64,000 nucleotides of DNA from Candidatus Latescibacterota bacterium (GTDB lineage Bacteria; Latescibacterota; UBA2968; UBA8231): NCBI GenBank assembly GCA_965197905.1, contig CBDAOB010000004.1:96001-160000 (forward strand). The letters run 5' to 3'. This document shows positions 27,092 through 36,751 of the stretch, in pieces. The position numbers were made by a program, and so were the translations under genes. Each line of letters starts with the position of its first letter. Position 1 is the stretch's first letter. The notes below the pieces were generated by a model. It was not told the DNA's origin and made no database searches. It saw only the letters and a list, made by a program, of their open reading frames with translations.

Positions 27092-28930
27092 ACGGGCGGG
27101 TTGGTTTTTGGAACCGCCGCCGGTGAGTTTTGGCGTCACCAGGCGAAGCTGCCGAAGCGGCTCCTCGAGGCTGAGGATCGCGTCGCTCCAGAACTCGGGT
27201 GATTCGAGGTCGCAGTCGATGGTGTTGCGGGCAACGTTCTCCGCGGAATCGCTTCCCGTGGACTTGAGGAAGTCGGCATACCGGGGCAGGAACGAGGTCC
27301 CTTCCTGACGAAACCTGGCGTACAAGCCTCGACTGAGCAGGAATCCAAAGGTGTACGGGAAGTTGTAGAAGGTCGTGCCGGTTATGTAGAAGTGGAGCTT
27401 GGACGCCCAGAAATAAGGGTCCTCGCCCCCTTCCTCCAACAGGTTGCCGAAGACGCGGCGTTGGGTTTCGCACATGAGCTCCTTCAACCTGCTGACGCTG
27501 ATCTCGCCCTGTGCTCGTTCTTCGTACATGGCTTTCTCGAATTCATACCGCACGGGTATATCGAGCAGGTAAATGGCGGCGTGCCCGGTCTCCATGTCGA
27601 GAATCGCCGCTTTCTGCTGGTCATCGACGTCGGGTGCATTCAGGATCCCGTCGGTCAGAATCATTTCCCCGAAGGTGGAGGCCGATTCCGCGAGGGTCAT
27701 GGGGTAGAGCCGCGCCAATACCGGTTGACTGCTCATGACGAAACTGTGGAAGGCGTGACCGACCTCGTGCGCCAACGTGCGCACGTCGCCCATGGTTTGA
27801 TTGTAGGTCATGAAGATGCGGGATTCTCCGGTGAGTAGTGAGCCGGTGCAGAACCCTCCCGGCCGTTTTCCGGAGCGCGGCTCCCACTCGATCCATTCCC
27901 GTTCGTAGACCGAGTCCAGGAAGGTTCCCAGTTCGGGATACGTTTGGTGGAACGCGGTGCCCACGAGCTCCTTTCCCTTTTCCCAGTCGACGGGCTCCTG
28001 ATCTCCCACCGGTGAAGGCGCGCCAAGATCGTACCAGGCGATAGCCTGCGTGTTCATCAGCTCCGCCTTGAACTGCAGAATGCTCCGGGCTACGTCGATC
28101 TTTTCGGTAATGGCGGCGAACATCGCGTCGAGTGTAGCGTGTGAGATGGCCGCATCGAACAGGGCGACGTCCAAAAAATCTTCTATGCCGCGGTGGCGAT
28201 TGAGGGTTAGACGCGTGCCCGAAATGGCATTCAAAGCGGCGGCTGCAGCGTCCTCCACTTGAGACCAGGCGAGGTTGCCGCCGTCGAAGGCGGCGCGTCT
28301 GACGTCGCGATCGGGTTTCTCCATCAAGGAGCGGCGCTGCGACATGGGAAGACGCTCCCGGCGCCCGTCGGGGTAAGACATTTCGAATTCTAGTTTGCCC
28401 GACACGGTGTCGTAAAGACGCCCCCACGCACCAATTCCGTCTACAGCCAGATCTGCAGCCAGCTTCTCCTCGTCGGGCGACATGGTCTGTTGCGCACGGT
28501 GATGCAAGCGTTTGATGAAGAACGCGAAAGGAGCTACGGCCGGTCTGCTCGCGAACGAGACGAGCAGGTCAGCGCTCGCACTTCTGAGCCCACGGAGCAG
28601 CTCCACTTCCAATTTAGAGAATTCCGCACCGAGAAGATCGAAGGACGACTCCGCGGCGGCGTACTCCTCGTTGTGGGCGTCCGCGGCGGTAAGACACCCG
28701 ACGTATGAGCCCAAGTGGGAGACACGGGCGAGGAGGTCTTGGTAGTCCAAGAAGATCGCTTCCCACTGGCTGTCGTTGTCCACGGCAAGTGCTTCGAGCG
28801 CGGCTGCCCGACCGCGCAAGCCCGCAAGGTCTGCCTCTAACGCCTCGCGGAAATTAGTCATCTCCGGTCCATTGAACGTTGGAAAGTAGCTCTGCAGATC
28901 CCAATTCATTATTACCGGTGTTTCGGACAT
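27089..28930 (-). CDS. pepF: Oligoendopeptidase F (M3B peptidase)
   Basis: GKRPGGFC, TLAHEVGHAFH (HExxH), AESAS, FYNFPYTFG. Confidence 0.93.
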   Translation of the reverse strand: MSETPVIMNWDLQSYFPTFNGPEMTNFREALEADLAGLRGRAAALEALAVDNDSQWEAIFLDYQDLLARVSHLGSYVGCLTAADAHNEEYAAAESSFDLLGAEFSKLEVELLRGLRSASADLLVSFASRPAVAPFAFFIKRLHHRAQQTMSPDEEKLAADLAVDGIGAWGRLYDTVSGKLEFEMSYPDGRRERLPMSQRRSLMEKPDRDVRRAAFDGGNLAWSQVEDAAAAALNAISGTRLTLNRHRGIEDFLDVALFDAAISHATLDAMFAAITEKIDVARSILQFKAELMNTQAIAWYDLGAPSPVGDQEPVDWEKGKELVGTAFHQTYPELGTFLDSVYEREWIEWEPRSGKRPGGFCTGSLLTGESRIFMTYNQTMGDVRTLAHEVGHAFHSFVMSSQPVLARLYPMTLAESASTFGEMILTDGILNAPDVDDQQKAAILDMETGHAAIYLLDIPVRYEFEKAMYEERAQGEISVSRLKELMCETQRRVFGNLLEEGGEDPYFWASKLHFYITGTTFYNFPYTFGFLLSRGLYARFRQEGTSFLPRYADFLKSTGSDSAENVARNTIDCDLESPEFWSDAILSLEEPLRQLRLVTPKLTGGGSKNQPAR

Positions 28931-29009
28931 GGGTCGACGCTCACACGTTTCGATGGGTGGGAGAATGGAGTGCTTGAAACCGCAGGTACGAAAAGGCGAT
29001 CGCGGGCGT

Positions 29010-30899
29010 TCACCCGATCGTCGCGCTCTTCAGCTCTCGGGTGGAAAGGCGGAGGCCGCCGGCCTTGATGCCTCGAACCGGAAAATCGGCGATGGCAAAC
29101 TCCTCACGCAGAATACGCTGCCGAGGTTTCGGTTTGTACTCCAAAACGAACCTTCCGCCGGCTACGGTGGTGAGTTTTAGGACCCTGCATGCTTCCGGAA
29201 CCAGCTCGTACGCCTTGTTGAGGATGAACTTGCGAATGGAGCATCGTTTCACATAGCCGCATCCGTCAGCATCTCGATACAGGACATTGAAAATCGTCTC
29301 TTCGTCCACGAAACCGCAATGCAACATTCCCTTGCCGACGAAGAGTTTGTCCGGAACATCGATTACCGAGTAGCTTCCTTCCTTCCGTATCACCAGGATG
29401 CGGTCATAGTGCGATACATCGAAGAGGGCCGAACCGTTCACATCGTATCCGAGGTACCCGGATTTGCGATCGTAGCGCAGCTTGAGGTCGCGTTTGGCGG
29501 CCTCGCGGACATCCACTCTATCGAATGCAACGATCTCCGTGCGCCGCGGGAACTGATCTTCGTAGCGCTCTATGAGATCTTCGAGAAAAGCGATGGTGTA
29601 CGGAATGATGTTCTCCAGGTGTGCGGCAATCAACAAGCGGCGTTCTGCGATCTCCGCCATCTCCCCCTTCACCTTTTCCATGTCGTACAAGGAGATGCGG
29701 CGGATCGGAATGCGGAGCAACACGTCGACGTCTTCATCGGTGATCGCGCGGCCGATCTGATCGGCGAACGGCTCGAGTCCGTCGCGCACAGCACCCAACA
29801 CCTTCTCCTTCGTCCTCTGTTTTTCGATCTGTCTGTAGATGCGATTGCGGATGAAAATTTGCTCGAGGGTCAGGGCATGAAGCCGGTCGGCGAGGTGGCG
29901 ATCTTCGTTGCTCAATTCCACCTTCAAGATATCGACCAGGCGATCCACGTTGTGGGCCAGGATCTCGGCCGCACGTTTTACTCGCGGCTTGCCGTCTTCA
30001 TCGATCACCATCATGCTTACCGAAATGGATGTCTCGCAATCCGTAAACGCGTACAACGCATCTACCACTTCCTCGGTGTAGACGCCCCGTGGGAGCTTGA
30101 CCTCGATCTCGGCCTGACTGGCGGTGAAATCCCGTATACTGGAGATCTTCACCTTGTTTTTGCGCGCGGCATCTTCAATAGAGGCGATCAGATTCTCAGT
30201 GTTGGTGCCGTACGGGATCTCGCGGATGACTATGCGCTTGGGATCTGAGCAGTCCAATCGCGCTCGCACACGCACCTTGCCGTTTCCGTCGGCGTATTCG
30301 GAGATGTCCGCCATTCCACCGGTGGCAAAATCCGGGTATAACCGGAATTCACCGTCCCGAAGGTGGTTGACCTGCGCCCGGAGAAGCTCGATCAGGTTGT
30401 GTGGTAGTATTCGGGTTGCCATGCCCACGGCGATGCCCTCGGCCCCGTGCGCGAGCAGGACGGGAATCTTGGCTGGAAAAACCAGAGGCTCCGTGTTTCT
30501 ACCGTCGTAGGAAGGCGTGTATTCGGTGAGTTCCGGATTGAACAGCACTTCCTTGGCGAGGCGGCTCAGCCTGCACTCTATGTACCGCGCCGCCGCCGCC
30601 ATGTCGCCGGTGAGGATGTTGCCGAAGTTCCCCTGTTTGTCGATGCAGATATCCTTGTTGGCGAGAACGACGAGGGCGGAATAAATGGAGGCATCTCCGT
30701 GGGGGTGGTACTTCATGCATTGGCCGACCACGTTGGCTACCTTGTGGAACTTGCCATCCTCAATCTCGAACAGGGTATGTAGTATCCGGCGTTGCACCGG
30801 TTTGAGGCCATCGTCGATATGGGGGATGGCCCGGTCTTTTATTACATACGAAGCATATTCGAGAAAATTGGTGTCGTAGAGAGAGTCCAGGTAAGCCAT
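29010..30899 (-). CDS. parC: DNA topoisomerase IV subunit A
   Basis: DRAIP..DDGLKPVQRR, KYHPHGD, AAARY catalytic Tyr; short CTD, no GyrA box seen. Confidence 0.9.
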   Translation of the reverse strand: MAYLDSLYDTNFLEYASYVIKDRAIPHIDDGLKPVQRRILHTLFEIEDGKFHKVANVVGQCMKYHPHGDASIYSALVVLANKDICIDKQGNFGNILTGDMAAAARYIECRLSRLAKEVLFNPELTEYTPSYDGRNTEPLVFPAKIPVLLAHGAEGIAVGMATRILPHNLIELLRAQVNHLRDGEFRLYPDFATGGMADISEYADGNGKVRVRARLDCSDPKRIVIREIPYGTNTENLIASIEDAARKNKVKISSIRDFTASQAEIEVKLPRGVYTEEVVDALYAFTDCETSISVSMMVIDEDGKPRVKRAAEILAHNVDRLVDILKVELSNEDRHLADRLHALTLEQIFIRNRIYRQIEKQRTKEKVLGAVRDGLEPFADQIGRAITDEDVDVLLRIPIRRISLYDMEKVKGEMAEIAERRLLIAAHLENIIPYTIAFLEDLIERYEDQFPRRTEIVAFDRVDVREAAKRDLKLRYDRKSGYLGYDVNGSALFDVSHYDRILVIRKEGSYSVIDVPDKLFVGKGMLHCGFVDEETIFNVLYRDADGCGYVKRCSIRKFILNKAYELVPEACRVLKLTTVAGGRFVLEYKPKPRQRILREEFAIADFPVRGIKAGGLRLSTRELKSATIG

Positions 30900-32713
30900 C
30901 AGACCAGATGCTCCATAATGTAATCCCGCCGCTCGGGGGTGTTCTTGCCCATGTAGAACTCGAGGGTTTCCGGAACCGCGGACATGGAGCGCACGTTGAC
31001 CTTTACCAGCCGCATGGCGTCGCCGATAAACTGGCCGAACTCTCCCGGCGAAATCTCACCAAGGCCTTTAAAGCGGGTGATCTCTGGATTTCCCACTCGC
31101 TTCAGGGCGCTGTCTCGCTCCTTCACGTTGAAGCAATAGTGGGTTTCCTTCTTGTTACGCACCCGGAACAGTGGGGTCTCCAGAATGTAAACGTGGCCCG
31201 CCCCGACGAGCTCTTCGAAGTAGTTGAGGAAAAACGTCATGATCAGATTGCGGATATGGAAACCATCCACATCGGCGTCGGTGGAGATAACTACCCGATT
31301 GTAACGCAGGTCTTCGATAGAGTCTTCGATGCCCAGAGCCATCATCAGGTTGTAGAGCTCTTCGTTGCGATATACGGCTGCCTTGCTCCGAGAAAAAACG
31401 TTCTGCGGTTTGCCTCGAAGGGTGAAAATGGCCTGCGTGTTCGGATCGCGTGCGGAGACGATAGAGCCGGCGGCAGATTGGCCTTCGGTGATGAATACTG
31501 TGGACTCCTCACCCCGTTTCTTGTCCTGCAGGTGGAACTTACAATCCCGAAGGTTCGGGATCCTTATTTCGATGCGACGCGCCGCTTCCTTAGCCTCTTT
31601 CTTAACCGCATTCAGATCCTTCCGCAGCTTCTCGTTCTGAACGATTTTCTGCTCCAAACTCTCTGCGGCTGGTCTGTTCTTGTGCAGGAAATCAACTACG
31701 GACTCTTTGACTTCTGCCACAATCCATGTGCGAATGTCCGTGTTCCCAAGTTTATTCTTGGTCTGGGACTCGAACACAGGGTCCTTGATTTTCACGGAGA
31801 CGGCGCCGACGACGCCCTCGCGCACGTCGACTCCGTTGAAGCTCTTGCGATAAAACTCGTTGACTCCCTTCAACAGCCCTTCCCGAAAGGCACTCTGGTG
31901 GGAGCCGCCGTCGATGGTGTGCTGACCGTTGACGAACGAGAAGTAGGATTCGCCGTAAGAGGCGGTGTGAGAAAAAGCGAATTCGAGGTGGGTCGAGCTA
32001 TGGTGGGCGGGTGGGTAAACGGTCGCATCGCCGACCTCCGCCACCAACAGATCGAGAAGCCCGTTCTTTGATTCGAAGGTGTTGCCGTCAAACAGGAGTT
32101 TGAGACCACTGTTGAGATAGGCGTAGTTCCACAGGCGACGCTCGACGTATTCGTAGTTGAATTCGTACTGGTCAAAGATCTTTGAGTCGGGAGTGAACTC
32201 CACGTAGGTACCATCTTCTTCGTCTGCCTTGCCGCGTTTCTGATTTTTGAGTTCCCCTCTCGAAAAGGTTGCCTCCGCATAACGACCGTCTCGATAGGAA
32301 ACCACTTTGAAATGGCTCGACAGCGCGTTGACCGCTTTGGTGCCCACTCCGTTTAGACCGACGCTGAACTGAAAAACGTCGTCGTTGTACTTCGCACCCG
32401 TATTTATGGTCGAGACGCATTCCACGACCTTTCCAAGTGGAATGCCCCGACCGTAATCCCTGACTCCTGCCACATCATCGCCGATCCAGACATCGATCTT
32501 GCGGCCGCAACCCATGATGAATTCATCAACGGCGTTGTCTACGATCTCTTTGAGCAGGATGTAGATACCATCGTCCGGATCCGAGCCGTCGCCCAGCCGA
32601 CCGATGTACATGCCGGTACGCAGGCGGATGTGCTCCAGCGAGCTCAGGGTCTTGATCTTTGTTTCGTCGTACTGAGTATTGCCGTTGATTTTGGTTTTTC
32701 CGTTTAGTCCCAT
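30899..32713 (-). CDS. parE: DNA topoisomerase IV subunit B
   Basis: EHIRLRTGMYIG, EIVDNAVDE, DYGRGIP, EGQSA, LRGK, TDADVDG, RFKGLGE. Confidence 0.9.
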   Translation of the reverse strand: MGLNGKTKINGNTQYDETKIKTLSSLEHIRLRTGMYIGRLGDGSDPDDGIYILLKEIVDNAVDEFIMGCGRKIDVWIGDDVAGVRDYGRGIPLGKVVECVSTINTGAKYNDDVFQFSVGLNGVGTKAVNALSSHFKVVSYRDGRYAEATFSRGELKNQKRGKADEEDGTYVEFTPDSKIFDQYEFNYEYVERRLWNYAYLNSGLKLLFDGNTFESKNGLLDLLVAEVGDATVYPPAHHSSTHLEFAFSHTASYGESYFSFVNGQHTIDGGSHQSAFREGLLKGVNEFYRKSFNGVDVREGVVGAVSVKIKDPVFESQTKNKLGNTDIRTWIVAEVKESVVDFLHKNRPAAESLEQKIVQNEKLRKDLNAVKKEAKEAARRIEIRIPNLRDCKFHLQDKKRGEESTVFITEGQSAAGSIVSARDPNTQAIFTLRGKPQNVFSRSKAAVYRNEELYNLMMALGIEDSIEDLRYNRVVISTDADVDGFHIRNLIMTFFLNYFEELVGAGHVYILETPLFRVRNKKETHYCFNVKERDSALKRVGNPEITRFKGLGEISPGEFGQFIGDAMRLVKVNVRSMSAVPETLEFYMGKNTPERRDYIMEHLV

Positions 32714-32896
32714 GTTATTCCCAAAAATCAGTGTTACTCAACGTTGGGGTGTCGTGTGAGCGGTTACCTAAGAACTCGAGCGAGGTGGCGCGAACTTGTG
32801 GGGATATTGGAGCTGCCGCGGCGGGGGAGTGTTCGATTGCCGGGGGCGCTTTCTACCTTTGGTTCCTATGCAATGATAGGAACGCAGTGAGTTTCA

Positions 32897-32925
32897 AGTA
32901 TACTATACATTTGTATAGGCGTCAA
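32897..32925 (-). promoter_or_regulatory. Sigma70 promoter toward parE whose spacer is an inverted repeat
   Basis: Minus strand TTGACG-17 nt-TATACT; CTATACA-TT-TGTATAG at 32903-32918. Confidence 0.75.
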
Positions 32926-33069
32926 TAATTTGCCACTGGTGATGGCGGTCACGGACGCTCGATCAGCATGTATTTAGTTTGGAAACAGCTGAAACCGATT
33001 TATACTTGCAACATCGCGCGTCGAGTCGGCAACGCAATGTTGCTCCAACCTCACAGAAAGGATGTCGCT

Positions 33070-33831
33070 ATGAACTGGATGATCCGCATGAAGATCCTCT
33101 TCGTCGCCGCCGGTTTCATGGCCATGTGTGCCGTTCCGTCCTGGGCACAGATGGGCGATTTCGAAGACATGGAGGATATGAAAAAACGCGCTAGGGAAAA
33201 GATGAAGGAACGGCATGCGGGGGAGAACGAGGGCCCAGGTGGTCCGCCTATGCTGGTTCTGATTCCGCCGCCCGATGCCGAAAAACCTGAGGGTGTGGAG
33301 ATGTCGGACGATCCGGAGGAGCGTCACGGGCAGATCCTGGAGACCTTTTTTCGCATGATGGACGGCGACCACAGTGGGGAGCTCAACTTCGACGAGCTAG
33401 GATCCTGGGCGCACCCGGCACCCATGATGGGTCCGGGGATGGGCGGTGAGATGGACGAAGAGATGCGCCAACGCATGGAAGAAGAGATTCGCCATCACGT
33501 TGAGCAGGAGATTCGTCATCAGCTCGAGGAAGAGATGAAACACCGGATGGAGGAGATGAGAGGCGGTGGCGATGGTGGCGACGGTGATGGCGGTGGTGGA
33601 GATATGGAAGAAGAGATCCGCCGACGGGTCGAACATGAGCTCCAGCAGCACATGCGCGAGATGCGTCGCGAACATATGCATAGAATGGCCGAGGAGCTAC
33701 GCGAAATGCGGCGCCACGAAAACCAGTTGAAGGAAGAGCTCTCGCAGATTCGGAATCATATCCGCGAGATGCAGGAAAACTTGGAACGAGAGGAAGAAGA
33801 GGGTCAAGACGGGCCTCCCGATATGGAATAG
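33070..33831 (+). CDS. Exported Met/Glu/His-rich protein with one EF-hand and coiled-coil repeats
   Basis: Signal peptide ending SWA-Q; DGDHSGELNFDEL EF-hand loop; repeated MEEEIR..VE.E. Confidence 0.75.
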   Translation: MNWMIRMKILFVAAGFMAMCAVPSWAQMGDFEDMEDMKKRAREKMKERHAGENEGPGGPPMLVLIPPPDAEKPEGVEMSDDPEERHGQILETFFRMMDGDHSGELNFDELGSWAHPAPMMGPGMGGEMDEEMRQRMEEEIRHHVEQEIRHQLEEEMKHRMEEMRGGGDGGDGDGGGGDMEEEIRRRVEHELQQHMREMRREHMHRMAEELREMRRHENQLKEELSQIRNHIREMQENLEREEEEGQDGPPDME

Positions 33832-33853
33832 GTGGAAGGTCCGAAAGGTAGAT

Positions 33854-35077
33854 CTAGCGCTCCCTCTTCCGTTTGGAAGCGGGAGCGTTTTTTTGTTCGG
33901 GTCGCCGAGGCCGCCGCCGCGGTGGTCTTCTGCCTCGTCCGGAAGCGGATCTCCCCCCGCCGTTTAAACTAGGCTCGCTGCCGCGCCAGGCAGGGTCGAT
34001 GCGATTGGTTTTGAGTATGGATTTGAGATTGCCCAGATCGCGATTGGCGACGAACGTCATCGCCGTACCTTCACGACCCATGCGCCCGGTTCGTCCGGTT
34101 CGGTGCGTATATATCTCGCTAGAAGGCGGAAAATCGTAGTTGATTACGTGGGATACATGACTGAAATCCAGACCCCTGCCTGCCACGTCCGTCGCCACCA
34201 TAAACTTGATCTTTTTGCTGCGAAAGCGATTGAAGATCGAGATCCTCCGATCCTGGTCCAGTCCGCCATGAATGTACTCCACTGATCTGAACTGTTTCTT
34301 GAGACTGTTCATCAGATCCGCCCCATTGTCCCGAGAGTTACAAAAGAGAATCGCCTGGGCTATTTTTTCGGAGTTGAGATATTCGATCAGCGATTGATAT
34401 CTGCCGCGGCCGACGTGTTCGAAGCTATGGATCAACGATTGGGGCGCTCGTTGATCCCTATTGAGCTCGACGCGTACCGGATCATCGAGGTAGGTAGAGG
34501 CCAAGCGGTCGATCTCGGCAGGCATGGTCGCCGAAAATAGAAGCGTTTCGTGCTCGTGAACCAGGCAGGACATGATGAAGTCGATGTCCTCCACAAAACC
34601 CATCTTCAACATCTCGTCGGCTTCGTCCAAAACGACCGTGTGAACGCCCGTGAGATCGACGAGATCGGTGTTCCAGAGGAAATCGATCAAGCGGCCCGGT
34701 GTTGCCACGAGAATGTGAACGCCGTGGCGTAGCTTGGCGCGCTGGATTCCCATGTCGAAACCCCCAAAGACGGCAAATGGCACGACCTCAGTGTGGGTTG
34801 AAATAGAGTCTATTTCTTGGACGTACTGGAGGGCGAGCTCTCTGGTAGGCACCAGGATCAGCACCTGAATGGCGTTGGTGTTCGAGTCGACCCGTTGTAT
34901 CAGAGGTACCGCGCAAGCACCCGTTTTGCCGGATCCGGTCTCGGCTAGCCCCAGAAGATCAAGACCTGCCATTATGTGGGGCATGGTCAACTCCTGGATG
35001 GGCGTCATATCTTCGTATCCGATTTCCTTGAGAGCCCGCAATATTTCGCTCTCAAGGTCCAACTCTGAAAACTTCAT
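33854..35077 (-). CDS. DEAD-box RNA helicase
   Basis: Q motif, AETGSGKT, PTRELA, DEAD, SAT, HRTGRTGR; AAGGAGG SD before ATG 35077. Confidence 0.96.
   Translation of the reverse strand: MKFSELDLESEILRALKEIGYEDMTPIQELTMPHIMAGLDLLGLAETGSGKTGACAVPLIQRVDSNTNAIQVLILVPTRELALQYVQEIDSISTHTEVVPFAVFGGFDMGIQRAKLRHGVHILVATPGRLIDFLWNTDLVDLTGVHTVVLDEADEMLKMGFVEDIDFIMSCLVHEHETLLFSATMPAEIDRLASTYLDDPVRVELNRDQRAPQSLIHSFEHVGRGRYQSLIEYLNSEKIAQAILFCNSRDNGADLMNSLKKQFRSVEYIHGGLDQDRRISIFNRFRSKKIKFMVATDVAGRGLDFSHVSHVINYDFPPSSEIYTHRTGRTGRMGREGTAMTFVANRDLGNLKSILKTNRIDPAWRGSEPSLNGGGRSASGRGRRPPRRRPRRPEQKNAPASKRKRER
33858..33894 (+). terminator. Rho-independent terminator (within 3' end of the convergent helicase gene)
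   Basis: CGCTCCCtCTTCC-GTTT-GGAAGcGGGAGCG then T7. Confidence 0.8.
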
Positions 35078-35240
35078 CTGCCTCCTTTGCCAGCAACTCA
35101 CTATTCGAACTAAGTTGAGGCTTATCACTGAATTGCGCAAATATTCAGGCATGTTCACAGCGTTTGCACGATACGTCAGCGCACCTATTTTTGTCGAACT
35201 ATGACCCGTGGTGACACGGACCTTGGAAGGAATCGAACAG

Positions 35241-36740
35241 ATGGCTGATGTTCGCACGCGTATGGCACCGTCCCCGACGGGATCACCCCACGTGGGCAGC
35301 GCTTACATTGCGCTTTTCAACCTGGCGTTTGCCCGCCGACACGGCGGCAGCTTCGTGCTCAGGATCGAGGACACCGATCGGGAGCGCTCCCACGATCGGT
35401 TCGAGACCGATATTCTGGACGCCTTTCGCTGGCTCGGTCTGCAGTGGGACGAGGGACCCGACGTAGGTGGGCCGCATGGACCGTACCGGCAGAGCGAACG
35501 GGTGTCGATCTACCGGCAGTACATCGAGCAGCTGCTGACGGCAGACCATGCCTACCGCTGCTTTTGTTCGACCGAGCGGTTACAGAAGTTGCGCAGCGAA
35601 CAAAGCAAGATGAAGCACAAGTTGGGGTACGATCGTCACTGTCGCCTTTTGACCGCTTCCGAAATCGAACCCAGGCTTGCGGCGGGCGAGCCTCACGTGG
35701 TGCGCCTGAAAATGCCGGATTCCGGGACCGCGACGGTTGTGGACAGACTGCGTGGCGAGATCGAATTCGACTATGCCCATCTCGACGACCAGGTCATTCT
35801 CAAATCAGACGGATATCCAACCTACCACTTCGCCGTCGTCGTGGACGACCATCTCATGGGCATCACCCATGTGATTCGGGGCGAAGACTGGATCAACTCC
35901 GCCCCCAAGCACCTTCTGCTCTACGCATATTTCGGCTGGGAGCCTCCAGAGCACACGCACTTGCCGATGCTGCTCAACCCGGACGGCTCCAGGATGTCGA
36001 AACGCAAGAATCCCACCTCGGTTGAGTACTACCGCCGAATGGGTTACTTGGGTCCGGCGTTGTGCAACTATCTCGGTTTGATGAGTTATGCGCAACCCGG
36101 GGAGGAGGAGAAATTCAGCATTGAGGAATTCTTCAACAGCTTCGATCTCGAGCGCGTCAGCCTGGGAGGGGCGATTTTCGATCGAAAGAAACTAGATTGG
36201 TTGAACGGCCGCTACATTCGCGAAAACTTGAACGTAGACGATCTGCTGGACGAAATGAGGAAATGGCAGCTCAACGACGGGTTCTTGAGAGCTACCCTGC
36301 CGCTGATGAAAGAGCGCATGGACACCCTCGGCGACTATATGGGCAAGTGCGCCTTCTTCTTCATGCGGGATCTGTCCTACGAACCCGAGGAGCTGGTACC
36401 CAAGAAGCGGACTCCGGAGGAGGTCGTTCAGGTTCTGCAGACGGCCATCTGGTCGCTGGACGAAATCGAAGAATGGAACCGCACGGCGATTGAGAGCGCC
36501 CTAGGGGACGTGGCCCAGTATTGGCAGTGGCCGATCCGCGACGTCACCGCTCCACTCTACGTCGCTACCATGGGAGAGCGAATCGGTCCGCCGCTGTACG
36601 AATCTATGGAGCTCCTGAAGTTGGACCTGATTCGCGTCCGCTTGCTAGACGGCATCGAGAGGTTAGGGGGGTTGTCCAAGAAGAAAGCCAGCCAGCTGGA
36701 GAAGCGGTGGCAGGCCGGCCCGCCGGTCGATGACGGTTGA
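35241..36740 (+). CDS. gltX: Glutamate--tRNA ligase
   Basis: RMAPSPTG.PHVG, LRIEDTD, HVIRGEDW, RMSKR. Confidence 0.96.
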   Translation: MADVRTRMAPSPTGSPHVGSAYIALFNLAFARRHGGSFVLRIEDTDRERSHDRFETDILDAFRWLGLQWDEGPDVGGPHGPYRQSERVSIYRQYIEQLLTADHAYRCFCSTERLQKLRSEQSKMKHKLGYDRHCRLLTASEIEPRLAAGEPHVVRLKMPDSGTATVVDRLRGEIEFDYAHLDDQVILKSDGYPTYHFAVVVDDHLMGITHVIRGEDWINSAPKHLLLYAYFGWEPPEHTHLPMLLNPDGSRMSKRKNPTSVEYYRRMGYLGPALCNYLGLMSYAQPGEEEKFSIEEFFNSFDLERVSLGGAIFDRKKLDWLNGRYIRENLNVDDLLDEMRKWQLNDGFLRATLPLMKERMDTLGDYMGKCAFFFMRDLSYEPEELVPKKRTPEEVVQVLQTAIWSLDEIEEWNRTAIESALGDVAQYWQWPIRDVTAPLYVATMGERIGPPLYESMELLKLDLIRVRLLDGIERLGGLSKKKASQLEKRWQAGPPVDDG

Positions 36741-36751
36741 AACCCTGCCTG

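Noticed and set aside
27092..27473. Long N-terminal extension of the SprA-related ORF
   Set aside because: Overlaps pepF out of frame and lies upstream of the sigma28 promoter
30908..32071. Long antisense ORFs such as this 387-aa one (also 1896-3239, 39243-40211, 42145-43110, 55856-56920)
   Set aside because: Expected mirror frames of real genes in GC-rich DNA; no motifs
32900..32918. NrdR box upstream of parE
   Set aside because: Spacing between the conserved C and G is 9 nt rather than 8, and no tandem second box
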